From contig JBMNMG010000006.1 in NCBI GenBank assembly GCA_050953245.1, forward strand, positions 2,821 to 66,820: a DNA stretch of 64,000 nt. The letters are read 5' to 3'. The translations under genes were made by a program, and so were the position numbers. Below are positions 41,645-52,623 of this stretch, one piece after another. Source of the DNA: Bacteroidales bacterium. GTDB lineage: Bacteria; Bacteroidota; Bacteroidia; Bacteroidales; BM520. Below the pieces are notes generated by a model. The model made no database searches. It was not told the origin of the DNA and saw only the letters and a program-made list of their open reading frames with translations. Every line of letters starts with the position of its first letter. The first letter of the stretch is position 1.

Positions 41645-41680
41645 AAAAAACTGTTTAACTTTGTTGTTAGACAGTTTTTT
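41645..41680 (-). terminator. Terminator after the DUF805 gene
   Basis: AAAAAACTGTTTAAC/GTTAGACAGTTTTTT. Confidence 0.7.
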
Positions 41681-41711
41681 ATTTAATCAATATTTGAAAA
41701 TAAGTCTGAAA

Positions 41712-42107
41712 TTAGTTACTTTCGGTATTCTCAGTATTTTCAGTATTCTCAAATCTTTCATCAGCTTTTGGGTCTTCTCCAAATCTGTTTTCTCCAACTT
41801 CACCCGGTGTTGCCATTAATACCAAGAACCAAATAGCTCCAACAATAGGAATAAGGCAAATAAATACCCAACCTCCCCCCTTACCTATATCGTGTAATCT
41901 TCTAACAGCAATTGCAAAAGACGGAACAATCAATGCTAATGTTATAATTGTTGAAATTATAGCCTTTTTTATTATGAAATCATCGATTAATCCTGCAATT
42001 AAACTAATAATAAATACTACTAAAGTATAAGTCCAATATTCTTTTCTCCTGGCTCTTCCGGAAAATTGTGCATATTTTTTTGTTACTGCTTCTTTAATAT
42101 AATTCAT
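41712..42107 (-). CDS. DUF805 (YhaH-like) membrane protein
   Basis: FSGRARRKEYW, VRRLHDIGKGG, GENRFGEDP. Confidence 0.92.
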   Translation of the reverse strand: MNYIKEAVTKKYAQFSGRARRKEYWTYTLVVFIISLIAGLIDDFIIKKAIISTIITLALIVPSFAIAVRRLHDIGKGGGWVFICLIPIVGAIWFLVLMATPGEVGENRFGEDPKADERFENTENTENTESN

Positions 42108-42312
42108 TTTACCTCCTTTTTATTAAAAATACTTTACAAATATAAAAAAAATTCCGTATTCTTGAGTGTAAAACTTACTTTTATAATATTATTTAATGAG
42201 AAATTGATTAATATGATAAATCTAAACGATTTTGTAACTTTGCAAGATTGAATTATTTAATGTAAGCTATATTGAAAGCACATTCTATCACATCCAAATA
42301 AGAATTATTTTT

Positions 42313-43157
42313 ATGTTAAAATATAAGAAAAGTAAAAATTTTAAGCTATTTACTCTTGCATGTATCTTTATCATATTTACATTTTCTATTTCCAGTTTTA
42401 CTACTAACTGTAGTTTTGCTGTTAATAATGTAGAAGTATCTCCCAATATTATAGATAGTTTAGTTATTCCGGATAAGATTTATGGGAGACCGAAAAGATA
42501 ATAAACCATACGGGATATATAGTAAGTTACAATAAGATGTGGAAAATCCCAAATTGGGTTGCTTACGAGTTAACTAAAGAGAAAATGCAAGGAACTGTAA
42601 AACGAAGAGATAGTTTTAGCAAAGATCCTAATATTCCTGCGAGATATTCTGCAAAACAAAGCGATTACACTCATTCCGGATGGGATAGGGGGCATATGGT
42701 TCCGGCTGGTGATATGAAGTGGTCTGAGCAAGCAATGTACGAAACCTTTTACTTTAGTAACATTTGTCCGCAAAACAGAAATTTAAATAATGGAGTATGG
42801 CATAATTTAGAAAAGCAAGTAAGAGATTTAGCTATACAGAAAAAGCAAATTTTTATTATATGTGGTCCTATTATTAATAACGAAGATAAAGTTAGAACTA
42901 TAGGAGATAGTTTTGTTTTTGTACCGGATGCCTTTTTTAAAGTTTTATTGTGTAAACATAAAGGAAATTGGCATTCCATTGCTTTTGTTTTTCCTAATGA
43001 GGCAGGCAATGAACCATTATCTTCTTACGTAATGAGTGTTAGTGATTTACAAGAGATTACAGGAATTAGATTTTTCCCCAATATGCCAGATAGTATTATA
43101 TATGATTTAAAAAACAATGTAGATTTGAGTATCTGGAATATTAAAGCAAATTATTAG
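42313..43157 (+). pseudogene. DNA/RNA non-specific endonuclease with one frameshift near 42490
   Basis: The signal-peptide ORF ends GRPKR*; the -1 frame continues EKIINHTGYIVSYNKMWKIPNWVAY to DRGH, NICPQ, LNNGVW. Confidence 0.8.
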
Positions 43158-43229
43158 TTTTTTTATTTAAGTTTAACATTCTTGTTAAAAATAGTATCTT
43201 TGCAAGATTTGCTATAAGCAAAAAATGAT

Positions 43230-44684
43230 TTGTTAAGAAATATTAAAGTGGTAGTAGACTTATTGGAAATACATAAAATTTTTGGTACGCTTAATCAAGC
43301 TGCAGAGGAGTTAGGGGTTAGAGCATATGTTATTGGAGGTTATGTTCGTGATATTTTCTTAGAACGTGAGTCAAACGATATTGATGTTGTTTGTTTAGGG
43401 AGCGGAATTGAATTTGCTAAAAAATTTGCACATTTAGTTAATAGTAATGAGATTAGTGTTTATAAAAATTTCGGGACCGCAATGGTTAAGGTTCGAAATA
43501 CAAAGCCTAATTTAACTATTGAGTTTGTTGGTGCTCGCAAAGAATCGTATCGGAAAGATTCAAGAAAACCTATAGTTGAACAAGGAACTTTAGAAGACGA
43601 TCAAAATAGAAGAGATTTTACTATTAACGCATTAGCTTTATCATTGAATACAGATACTTTCGGTGAATTGTCGGATCCGTTTTATGGCATTGTAGATTTA
43701 CATAAAGGAATTATTAGAACTCCATTAGATCCTATGATAACTTATTCCGATGATCCATTACGTATGATGCGTGCAATAAGATTTGCCTCTCAATTGAATT
43801 TTGCTATAGAAAAAAAATCCTTTGATGCTATTAAGGAAAATGCTTATCGATTGGATATTATATCACAAGAACGAATTACTGATGAGTTTAATAAAATATT
43901 ATTAAGTGATAAGCCTTCAATAGGAATAAAATTATTAGACGAAAGCGGTTTATTAGAAAGATTTTTCCCTGAGTTAATTAAACTCAAAGGGGTAGAAAGA
44001 ATTAACGGATGTGGTCATAAAGATGTATTTATTCACACTTTAAAAGTTTTAGATAACGTTGCTGAAAAGTCTGAAAATTTATGGTTAAGATGGGCAGCAC
44101 TGCTTCATGATATTGCCAAACCGGAAACAAAAAGGTTTTGTGAACAAAATGGATGGTCGTTTCATAATCACGAGGCAATTGGCTCTAAAATGGCTCGTAA
44201 TATATTTTTTAGGTTTAAATTACCTTTAAATGAAAAATTAAAATATGTACAAAAACTAATATTTTTACATTTAAGACCGCAAGTATTGTCGGAAGATTGT
44301 GTTACAGACTCTGCAATTAGAAGATTATTATTTGAAGCCGGTGAAGATTTAGACGATTTAATGTTACTTTGTGAAGCAGATATTACTTCAGGGAACGAAG
44401 CCAAAGTGAAAAAATACTTAGACAACTTTAAATTAGTTCGTCAAAAGTTAGTAGAGATAGAGGAAAAAGATTTTTTACGTACGTGGCAGCCACCTATAAC
44501 GGGCGAGCATATTATGGAAGTATTTGACATCAAACCTTCGCGCGAAGTAGGAGAAATAAAAAATGCAGTAAAAGATGCTATTTTAGATGGTGAATGTAAA
44601 AATACTTTTGAAGATGCTTATGAATATATGATTCAAAAAGGATTATCGTTAGGACTTAAATTGCATAAAAACATAAAAAAATGA
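43230..44684 (+). CDS. cca: CCA tRNA nucleotidyltransferase with HD domain
   Basis: GGYVRD...DID, RRDFTINA, DDPLRMMRAIRF, LLHDIAKP; exact start uncertain. Confidence 0.9.
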   Translation: MLRNIKVVVDLLEIHKIFGTLNQAAEELGVRAYVIGGYVRDIFLERESNDIDVVCLGSGIEFAKKFAHLVNSNEISVYKNFGTAMVKVRNTKPNLTIEFVGARKESYRKDSRKPIVEQGTLEDDQNRRDFTINALALSLNTDTFGELSDPFYGIVDLHKGIIRTPLDPMITYSDDPLRMMRAIRFASQLNFAIEKKSFDAIKENAYRLDIISQERITDEFNKILLSDKPSIGIKLLDESGLLERFFPELIKLKGVERINGCGHKDVFIHTLKVLDNVAEKSENLWLRWAALLHDIAKPETKRFCEQNGWSFHNHEAIGSKMARNIFFRFKLPLNEKLKYVQKLIFLHLRPQVLSEDCVTDSAIRRLLFEAGEDLDDLMLLCEADITSGNEAKVKKYLDNFKLVRQKLVEIEEKDFLRTWQPPITGEHIMEVFDIKPSREVGEIKNAVKDAILDGECKNTFEDAYEYMIQKGLSLGLKLHKNIKK

Positions 44685-44802
44685 TTTCTATTAGATAGAT
44701 TATTTATTTTTTAAGTTTTATTTTATATTAAAAATAAAAGTGTACATTTGTATGTTTTAATATTAACAACTAAATCTATTATTTAATATTAATTAAATTC
44801 TA

Positions 44803-45594
44803 ATGAAAGCACTTACATTTCGTATTACATCTGTAGAAGATAAAGATTTTTTACGTGAAATTCAAATTTTAGGAGATCAGTTTTTTATAGATTTCCATGA
44901 TTTTTTAGTAGAAATATGCGGTTTTTCGGGCGATGAATTAGCATCCTTTTACACCTGTGACAATGATTGGGTTGTACAATCGGAAATATCATTAATAGAT
45001 ATGTCAATAGATGACGAAGATGATGATAATGAAGTAGGTCATGATTACAAAAAAGCAAGCAAATTTTATTCAGATTATTCGGAAGACGATTTAGAAGATG
45101 AATTTGATTTTGAAGACGATTTAGAAGATGAATTTGATGATATTAATGATTTAGAATTAGATGAAGTTAATATTAAAGGAACAAAACACAAAAAGGAATC
45201 AATAAAGCAGGATGATGAATTCGAAGATACTGATTTTAACGTTAACTTACCTATGAAGTTAATGGAAAATACGTATATTGGTGGCATAGTAAAAAAAGTA
45301 GGTCAAAAACTATTATATCAATATGATTTTTTTGCTCCTGTAGTTTTAAATATCGAATGTACTAAAATAGAAGAAACAGAAAGCGATGAATATCCTATAT
45401 TGTTAGATGAAGTTGGGATTTTAGAATATGTAAGTAATCCTGAATATCGAAACAATAAAAAATTTGATTATATGGATTCATTATATTCGGAAAGTGAAGG
45501 TGTGAAATTTGAAAGTTTAGACGATATAGATGACTTATTCAAAGAGTTTTCTGACGATTTTGACGATTTAATAGATGATGACGATGCCCTTTAG
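44803..45594 (+). CDS. pRiA4b ORF-3/TnpR-passenger-like protein with acidic insert
   Basis: DFLREIQI...FHDF...ASFY and KLLYQYDFF; long D/E-rich segment. Confidence 0.6.
   Translation: MKALTFRITSVEDKDFLREIQILGDQFFIDFHDFLVEICGFSGDELASFYTCDNDWVVQSEISLIDMSIDDEDDDNEVGHDYKKASKFYSDYSEDDLEDEFDFEDDLEDEFDDINDLELDEVNIKGTKHKKESIKQDDEFEDTDFNVNLPMKLMENTYIGGIVKKVGQKLLYQYDFFAPVVLNIECTKIEETESDEYPILLDEVGILEYVSNPEYRNNKKFDYMDSLYSESEGVKFESLDDIDDLFKEFSDDFDDLIDDDDAL
45082..45138 (+). repeat. 27-bp exact duplication, period 30 (EDDLEDEFD twice)
   Basis: GAAGACGATTTAGAAGATGAATTTGAT at 45082 and 45112. Confidence 0.9.
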
Positions 45595-46501
45595 TCATCA
45601 GAAAAATAAAAACTTAATAGTAGTATCAGGTCCAACTGCATCAGGGAAAACTACGCTTGCTATAGAATTAGCTAAAAAACTAAATACTCAGATTATTTCA
45701 GCAGATTCTCGTCAGTTTTATTCGGAAATGAAAATAGGGACTGCAGCTCCCACTTTAAAAGAATTATCTGAAGTAAAACATCATTTCGTAGGTAATAAAT
45801 CAATTACCGATAAATACGATATATATAAATATGAACTGGATGTAATAGAACTATTGGATAAATTGTTTTTAGAATTTGATAATGTAGTTTTATGTGGTGG
45901 CTCGGGTTTATATATAGATGCCGTAGTAAATGGTATAGATGAGCTTCCTGATCCTGATTTAACTTACAGAAAATTCCTAAAGAATAAAATTAAAGAAGGA
46001 AAATTATCCGAATTATTAGATGAACTAAAAGAAATAGATCTGGAATATTACAATATAGTAGATAAGAAAAACCCTACAAGAGTAATGAGAGGGTTAGAAG
46101 TCTATCAATCAACAGGTGAAAAATTTTCGGATTTAAGAAAAGGTGAAAATAAGAAACGTAATTTTAATACTTATAAGTTTTTTATTGATATGCCCCGAGA
46201 GTTAATCTATGATAGAATAAATAGAAGAGTCGATTTAATGATCTCAGACGGATTAGTCTCGGAAGCTACTAAATTATATGAGTATAAAAATTACAATTCA
46301 TTAAAAACAGTAGGGTATTCGGAAATATTTAAATATTTAGAAAATGAATATACCTTGGAACAAGCGATAGAAAAGATCAAAACTAATTCGCGCAGATACG
46401 CAAAACGTCAGCTAACATGGATTAAACGCGATAAAAATTATATCCCCATTCAAACTTCAGATGATATAATAGAATATTTAAAAGCCAATAAAATAATTTA
46501 G
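45575..46501 (+). CDS. miaA: tRNA dimethylallyltransferase
   Basis: GPTASGKT, SADSRQ, IGTA, GGSGLY, RRYAKRQLTW. Confidence 0.96.
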   Translation: MMTMPFSHQKNKNLIVVSGPTASGKTTLAIELAKKLNTQIISADSRQFYSEMKIGTAAPTLKELSEVKHHFVGNKSITDKYDIYKYELDVIELLDKLFLEFDNVVLCGGSGLYIDAVVNGIDELPDPDLTYRKFLKNKIKEGKLSELLDELKEIDLEYYNIVDKKNPTRVMRGLEVYQSTGEKFSDLRKGENKKRNFNTYKFFIDMPRELIYDRINRRVDLMISDGLVSEATKLYEYKNYNSLKTVGYSEIFKYLENEYTLEQAIEKIKTNSRRYAKRQLTWIKRDKNYIPIQTSDDIIEYLKANKII

Positions 46502-46631
46502 TGAAAAATTCTTAGGATTTTTATCGATTTAGTATAAAATATCAAAATAAATAAATATTTTCTTGACCTTACATTTTTATAAATTCTTTGTTTTTCTGTA
46601 GTTTAATTTAAATCTTTTTTATATTTTCGCA

Positions 46632-46791
46632 GTAGATATTGGTTCAAAAGATTAAAAGGGAATTTGGTGAAAATCCAAGACTATCCCCGTAGCTGTAAGT
46701 TCTATAACGAACATTATAAAAAAGTCACTGTTTTTTAATAAATGGGAAGACATAATGTTTAGAACAAGTCAGAAGACCTGCCGACATCTAT
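46632..46791 (+). ncRNA. Cobalamin riboswitch
   Basis: AAAAGGGAA-TTTGGTGAAAATCCAAG, CCCCGTAGCTGTAA, GTCACTG...GGGAAG, B12 box AGTCAGAAGACCTGCC; lies upstream of btuB/btuG-like genes. Confidence 0.93.
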
Positions 46792-46935
46792 TTTCAATGG
46801 CTTTCGGGTGAAAAAGCTAAGATTTTCTACTTTTTTCCCCGCTACCATATTAATGCAATTAATTATTAATAGGTTACTCTTAATATGTAACTTGTTTTAT
46901 TTAATTGCGATTGTTTAATTTAAATTTATAAAATT

Positions 46936-48906
46936 ATGAAGAAAATTTTTACACTATTGGTAGCATTTACTTTAATGTTTAGTAATTTATTTGCTCAAAA
47001 CCCTAAAGGACCTTTCCCTCCTGCAGCAGGTCAAGAAGGTTCTACAGCAATCCATATGGATTCGCCCGATATTGTTAGTTGGGTTACAGGTATCACCTTA
47101 TATAGAGGGTTTATGGATATTTCTACTCAAGACTCCTTAGCTTATTTTGGAGTTCCTTCAAATGCATTGCATAAAGCAGAAGGTAATTCTATGGAGGTGG
47201 TAAGTTTTGGAGATGCGGGATATGCCATATTAACTTTTGATAGACCAATAGTAAATGGTGAAGGTTTCGATTTTGCAGTTTTCGAAAATAGTTTTTCTGA
47301 TAATTTTTTGGAATTAGCTTTTGTGGAAGTAAGTACAGATGGTGAAAGATTTGTTAGATTTCCATCCGTATCATTAACACCTACCGATGAACAAGTAGAC
47401 GGATTTGGCTCATTAGATCCAACCAATATCCATAATTTAGCTGGAAAATATCGTCAAGGATACGGAACTCCGTTTGATTTGGAAGATTTAGCAGATAGTA
47501 CAGGTATTGACATTAATAATATTCGATTTGTAAAAATAATAGATGTAGTTGGTTGTATTCAACCGGAATATGCTTCATATGATTCCGAAGGGAATATAGT
47601 TAATGACCCATGGCCAACACCATTTTATTCAGGCGGTTTTGATTTAGATGCAGTTTGTGTAATAAATGGAGGAACACCATATAATAACTGTAATTTTGAA
47701 GATTTAACTTTAGATGATAATAGCTATTGGAATGGAAGTGATGAAAGTGGATCTTTTACATCAGGTGGAGTTACTTATTATAACAATTATGATCCTCAAT
47801 ATCATTCATGGAGCGGTTTTGCTTATTCTAATACAACTGATACTGAAACACCGGGTTTTTTAAATCAATACAGTGCCATTACAGGTGGAGGAATGGACGC
47901 AGGTCCGGAAGGAGGAACTAATTATGGTATTGGTTTTGTTCCATTAGATTATATTAGTGGTACCTATACACCCATACAAATAGAATTGGAAATAGAAGGA
48001 GATAAAGAATACATAGTCTCAGGTTTTTATGTAACTAATACAACTTTTGCATATTTATCCATGTTATATGGAGATGATTTTAGTAAAAAATTTGGTGGAG
48101 TAACAGGAGATGATCCTGATTGGTTTAAACTCATTATTACAGGTATAGACTATCACAATAACGAAACGGGAACAGTAGAATTTTACTTGGCAGATTATAG
48201 ATTCGATGACAATTCTTTAGATTATATTATAGACAGATGGGTTTGGGTAGATTTGGTGGAATTAGGGAGAGTTAAAAAATTACAATTTACATTAGAATCT
48301 TCAGATGTATCTGAGTTTGGAATGAATACTCCTGCTTATTTCGCTATAGATAACTTAGCATATTTAGACGGAGATGAAGTTATAGATAATCCTCCGGTAG
48401 TTGTTAATCCCATAGAAGATATTATTTTAACTGAAAATGAATACACTATAGATTTAAATAATGTATTTGAAGATCCTAATGGAGATATGTTAAGTTTTTC
48501 CGTAATTCAAAACACTTTTCCTGAAGTAATAGAAACATCTATAGATGGTTCTATCCTTACATTAAAAGTTATTAAAAACTTAAATTTAGATATATTTATT
48601 GAACTTAAAGCGGAAGCTCACGGATTATTTGCCACAGATAGCTTTACGGTTACCGTTTCATTAGATATAGGCGATTATGCTAATCAATTCAAAATATATC
48701 CTAATCCTACAAATGGTAATTTTGCCGTAGAAGTTAGCGAACCGTCAGTTGTATATATTTACGATATTGTAGGTAAATTAGTTTATAAGAATAATTTAGC
48801 AATAGGTACTAACAATTTTACATTAAACAATTTAGAAAAAGGTACTTATATAGTAAATGTAAAAAGTGGCATTAAAACTATCAATAAAAAATTGATAATT
48901 AAATAA
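46936..48906 (+). CDS. DUF4465 (BtuJ-like) multidomain protein with T9SS C-terminal domain
   Basis: Signal peptide; N-domain SFGDAG...DFAVFEN...GFDLDAV; DUF4465 WSGFAYSN...YLADYR...WVDL...NTPAYFAIDN; Ig-like segment; IYPNP...KKLIIK. Confidence 0.8.
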   Translation: MKKIFTLLVAFTLMFSNLFAQNPKGPFPPAAGQEGSTAIHMDSPDIVSWVTGITLYRGFMDISTQDSLAYFGVPSNALHKAEGNSMEVVSFGDAGYAILTFDRPIVNGEGFDFAVFENSFSDNFLELAFVEVSTDGERFVRFPSVSLTPTDEQVDGFGSLDPTNIHNLAGKYRQGYGTPFDLEDLADSTGIDINNIRFVKIIDVVGCIQPEYASYDSEGNIVNDPWPTPFYSGGFDLDAVCVINGGTPYNNCNFEDLTLDDNSYWNGSDESGSFTSGGVTYYNNYDPQYHSWSGFAYSNTTDTETPGFLNQYSAITGGGMDAGPEGGTNYGIGFVPLDYISGTYTPIQIELEIEGDKEYIVSGFYVTNTTFAYLSMLYGDDFSKKFGGVTGDDPDWFKLIITGIDYHNNETGTVEFYLADYRFDDNSLDYIIDRWVWVDLVELGRVKKLQFTLESSDVSEFGMNTPAYFAIDNLAYLDGDEVIDNPPVVVNPIEDIILTENEYTIDLNNVFEDPNGDMLSFSVIQNTFPEVIETSIDGSILTLKVIKNLNLDIFIELKAEAHGLFATDSFTVTVSLDIGDYANQFKIYPNPTNGNFAVEVSEPSVVYIYDIVGKLVYKNNLAIGTNNFTLNNLEKGTYIVNVKSGIKTINKKLIIK

Positions 48907-48927
48907 TAATTTATAAAAATCGTAAAT

Positions 48928-50421
48928 ATGAAAAAGTTATTCTTAGTGCTAAATATATTAATTTTCAGTTTTATTAATTTAAATGCACAGTATATAAATA
49001 AAATATATGAGTATGTACCTGCCCCCGGCCAGTTTACTAATAATCCAACAATGGGTACCATGGAATCCGCAGAAAGTTTAATAGGAACTTTAAAAGGTGC
49101 AGTTTCTTTAGGAGCATTTGGAGGCTATATTGTTTTTGGGTTTGAAAATTCTGTAATTAATCATCCTGACAATCCTTACGGAATAGATTTTATTATTTAT
49201 GGAAATCCTTTATCCACATGGTCAGAGCCGGGTATAGTTTACGTTATGAAAGACGAAAACAACAACGGTTTACCCGATGATACATGGTATGAAATTGCAG
49301 GTAGCGATTATTATTTTAGTAATACTATTAAAGATTATTCCGTTACTTATGCTAATCCATATGGCTATGAAGCACATGATGTTCCTTGGGCAGATATTTT
49401 TTGGAACGAAGGTTATATTTATGCTAATGAATATCATAATCAACCATATTATCCATTACCAAAATACTTCCTTAATATCAATCAAGAAAGATATACGTTA
49501 ACAGGAACTAAAATACAAGGTTGTTTAGATAAAACCGACCCTATTGGTATTACATCCAGCAGAAGAACTTTCGGATATGCAGATAATACTCCTAAAGCAC
49601 CCTCCGTACTCGAAGATAACGTTCCGGATAATCCATATACAATTGATACATTGGAAAATTCAGGTGCTGATGGAATAGATATAAGTTGGGCAATTGATAA
49701 AGATGGAAATTATGTAAATTTAGATAAAATAGACTTTATTAAAGTTCAATGTGGAATGCTGGCAGATGCCGGATGGTTAGGAGAAGTTTCTACCGAATTA
49801 AGAGGTGCAGTAGTAGTAGAACCTAATAGTTCTATATCAGGAGTAATGGATATGGCTTATATTCAAGATGTACCATATATTAATTATTCTCCTTATCAAT
49901 TAGAAGCAGTAGCCTTTAGAAATGGAAGAATAATTGATGAACCTTTAGTTTGGAAATTGGAATCAGATGATTCTTCCGTGAGTTTATCAAATGATGGAGT
50001 AATAACTTACGATTCTAATGTAGATAATGAAACAATAAAAATAACTGTTTATTGGGAAAACAATCCCGAAATAAAACATACTATTACTACTAAAATTTTA
50101 GATATTGCATCAATTAATGATTATTATACAAGCAAGACAAATAAAGATATTTTATCTATTTATCCAAATCCTTCAAGCGATTATATTACAATAGATTGTG
50201 GCGATGTATCAGATAAAGAAATAGAAGTATTTATTTATTCCATAATTGGGCATAAAGTCTTACAAACACGTTGTAATAATGGAGATAACTTAGATATTAC
50301 TACTTTAGAAAAAGGAGTATATATTGTAAATTGTAAGATTATGGATAATAGTAGTGGAAAATATAATTCTGACGATAAACGAAACTATAAAATCTTAAAA
50401 CAAAAATTAGTTAAAAGATAA
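48928..50421 (+). CDS. BtuH-like B12-binding surface protein with T9SS C-terminal domain
   Basis: YVPAPGQF, SLGAFGGYIVFGF, EPGIVYV.KDENNNGLPDDTWYE, GYADN, WLGEVSTE; IYPNPS...KLVKR. Confidence 0.78.
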   Translation: MKKLFLVLNILIFSFINLNAQYINKIYEYVPAPGQFTNNPTMGTMESAESLIGTLKGAVSLGAFGGYIVFGFENSVINHPDNPYGIDFIIYGNPLSTWSEPGIVYVMKDENNNGLPDDTWYEIAGSDYYFSNTIKDYSVTYANPYGYEAHDVPWADIFWNEGYIYANEYHNQPYYPLPKYFLNINQERYTLTGTKIQGCLDKTDPIGITSSRRTFGYADNTPKAPSVLEDNVPDNPYTIDTLENSGADGIDISWAIDKDGNYVNLDKIDFIKVQCGMLADAGWLGEVSTELRGAVVVEPNSSISGVMDMAYIQDVPYINYSPYQLEAVAFRNGRIIDEPLVWKLESDDSSVSLSNDGVITYDSNVDNETIKITVYWENNPEIKHTITTKILDIASINDYYTSKTNKDILSIYPNPSSDYITIDCGDVSDKEIEVFIYSIIGHKVLQTRCNNGDNLDITTLEKGVYIVNCKIMDNSSGKYNSDDKRNYKILKQKLVKR

Positions 50422-50550
50422 GAAATGCATAAAACTAATAATACATTAATTCATAATATGTAAACTTTTTCCTTAACTAATTATGATTAATAAATAGTTT
50501 ATCCTAATAATATTGATAAATATTTGTACCCTTAATTATTTTAATATTAT

Positions 50551-52611
50551 ATGAAAAAAAATAATATTAATTTTTTTATTTTAATTGTTTTTTCATTTCT
50601 TGTTTTTAGTAATAAAATTGCTAATTGTCAGAATAAAACACCTGTGTATATTTCTGCAGATAAGGATGTTTCCGATAGTATTAAAAATATTTCAGGGATA
50701 GAAGTTGTAGCAAGTCGCATTTTCAAGAAAGAAGAAGCAGGAATGCGTGAAACATTGGTAGATTCATTAGTAATGATAAATAAAGTTAACTTATCTTTAT
50801 CGGATTTGTTATCTGAAAACACAGCAGTTTTTATTAAAAGTCACGGACGCGGTGCACTTGCTACAGCTTCTTTTAGAGGTACTGCATCATCTCATACGCA
50901 AGTTAAATGGAATGGAATGGATATAAACTCTCAAATGACAGGAATGGTAGATTTTTCGCTAATTCCGGTTTTTATTATAGATGATATTTCGTTAAAACAC
51001 GGTACTTCTTCCATTGCAGATAAAAGCGGAGGATTGGGAGGTTCTATCAACATTGATAATAAAATGGTAGTAGATAGCGGTTTTAGTTTTAAGTATATTC
51101 AGGGGGTAGGGAGTTATAAAACATTTGATGAGTATTTGCAATTAAGTTACGGACAACCAAAGTTAAAACTAAAAACAAGGTTATATCATAACTATTCAAA
51201 AAACGATTATAAATATATAAATAGATCCATAGTCGATATAGATCCGGTTACAGGAGAATTTATTAACCCAATAGATACTAATAAAAATGCAGATTTTAAA
51301 AGATATGGCATCTTACAAGAGATTTATTATGTGCCAAATAATAGCAATGTTTTTTCTGTGAGATATTGGGGACAAAACTCTAAAAGAACTATTCCAAGAC
51401 CAACAAGTTACGAAGGGGAAGAAAATGCCAATTTAAATAATCAAAATGATGAGGATCATAAAATATTAACAGAATATTCTCATTATTTTAAAAAATCTAC
51501 ATTAACTGCTCGAAGTGGTTTAAATATAAATTTTATAGATTATATCTTAAAAAATCAAGTGCCTGGTGCCGGATTATTACCGGCAGTATACTCCGTAAGC
51601 AGTCAAATATCTAATATTAATACCTTAAAGTATAATTACGATATTACAAACACATTATCTTTAACTGCGAGTTTGGATTTTAATTATCATAAAGTTAATA
51701 CGTACGATTCAATAAAACTTACAGGATACAATGTTAATAGAACGGAAATGTCCGCGTTTTTTTCAATCTCAAAAAGATTTTTTGATAGAATAAATACAAC
51801 TGTAATGTTGCGTCAAGATTTTACAGATTGGAAAATAAATCCGTTTATTCCTTACTTTGGATTTGATGTGAAACTGCTTAAAAAAGAAAATCTATTGTTC
51901 AAAGGGAATATAGCAAAAAACTATCATCAACCGTCTTTAAATGATTTATATTGGCAACCGGGAGGTAATCCTGATTTATTGCCAGAAAGCGGTTATAGTT
52001 TTGAGCTTGGGTTAGAATACGAAAAAAAGTTTGAAGTAAACAATAGTAAACATAAAATTAATAGTGAACTTACATTTTATAGATCTGATATTGATAATTG
52101 GATTATTTGGATTCCTACATATAAAGGATATTGGCAACCTATGAATATTAAAAGAGTACTATCGACAGGTCTTGAGTATTCTGTAGGCATAAGCGGAAAT
52201 ATTAATAAAGTAGGTTACAAGTTTAAAGGAAATTATTCTTTAACAAAATCGTTAAATTATGGTGATACCTTAGTGTGGGGAGACGAATCTTATGGAAAAC
52301 AATTAGTTTATGTACCGTTGCATTCCGGTAATATTATAGCAAGTTTAGATTATAAAGGTTATTTTATTACTTATCAGTTTAACTCTTATAGTGAACGATA
52401 TACAACAAGTAGTAACGACGTAAGTAAACGAGATTGGCTTTATCCTTATTTTATGAGTGATTTGTTCTTAGGAAAATCTTTTAATCTAAAAAAAATAGAA
52501 TTGACTTTAGAATTTAAAATTTATAATTTATTAAATGAATCTTATCATTCTATCTTATATAGACCGATGCCTAAACAAAACTATTTATTACAATTAGAAA
52601 TTAAATTTTAA
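50551..52611 (+). CDS. btuB: TonB-dependent cobalamin receptor
   Basis: Plug SFRGTASSHTQVKWNG, PSLNDLYW, GNPDLLPE, terminal F; under the B12 riboswitch. Confidence 0.85.
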   Translation: MKKNNINFFILIVFSFLVFSNKIANCQNKTPVYISADKDVSDSIKNISGIEVVASRIFKKEEAGMRETLVDSLVMINKVNLSLSDLLSENTAVFIKSHGRGALATASFRGTASSHTQVKWNGMDINSQMTGMVDFSLIPVFIIDDISLKHGTSSIADKSGGLGGSINIDNKMVVDSGFSFKYIQGVGSYKTFDEYLQLSYGQPKLKLKTRLYHNYSKNDYKYINRSIVDIDPVTGEFINPIDTNKNADFKRYGILQEIYYVPNNSNVFSVRYWGQNSKRTIPRPTSYEGEENANLNNQNDEDHKILTEYSHYFKKSTLTARSGLNINFIDYILKNQVPGAGLLPAVYSVSSQISNINTLKYNYDITNTLSLTASLDFNYHKVNTYDSIKLTGYNVNRTEMSAFFSISKRFFDRINTTVMLRQDFTDWKINPFIPYFGFDVKLLKKENLLFKGNIAKNYHQPSLNDLYWQPGGNPDLLPESGYSFELGLEYEKKFEVNNSKHKINSELTFYRSDIDNWIIWIPTYKGYWQPMNIKRVLSTGLEYSVGISGNINKVGYKFKGNYSLTKSLNYGDTLVWGDESYGKQLVYVPLHSGNIIASLDYKGYFITYQFNSYSERYTTSSNDVSKRDWLYPYFMSDLFLGKSFNLKKIELTLEFKIYNLLNESYHSILYRPMPKQNYLLQLEIKF

Positions 52612-52623
52612 AAATAAACAGAA

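Noticed and set aside
44803-45594. Mobile element implied by a TnpR-passenger/pRiA4b-like call
   Set aside because: It sits between cca and miaA and overlaps miaA, with no transposase or element ends nearby
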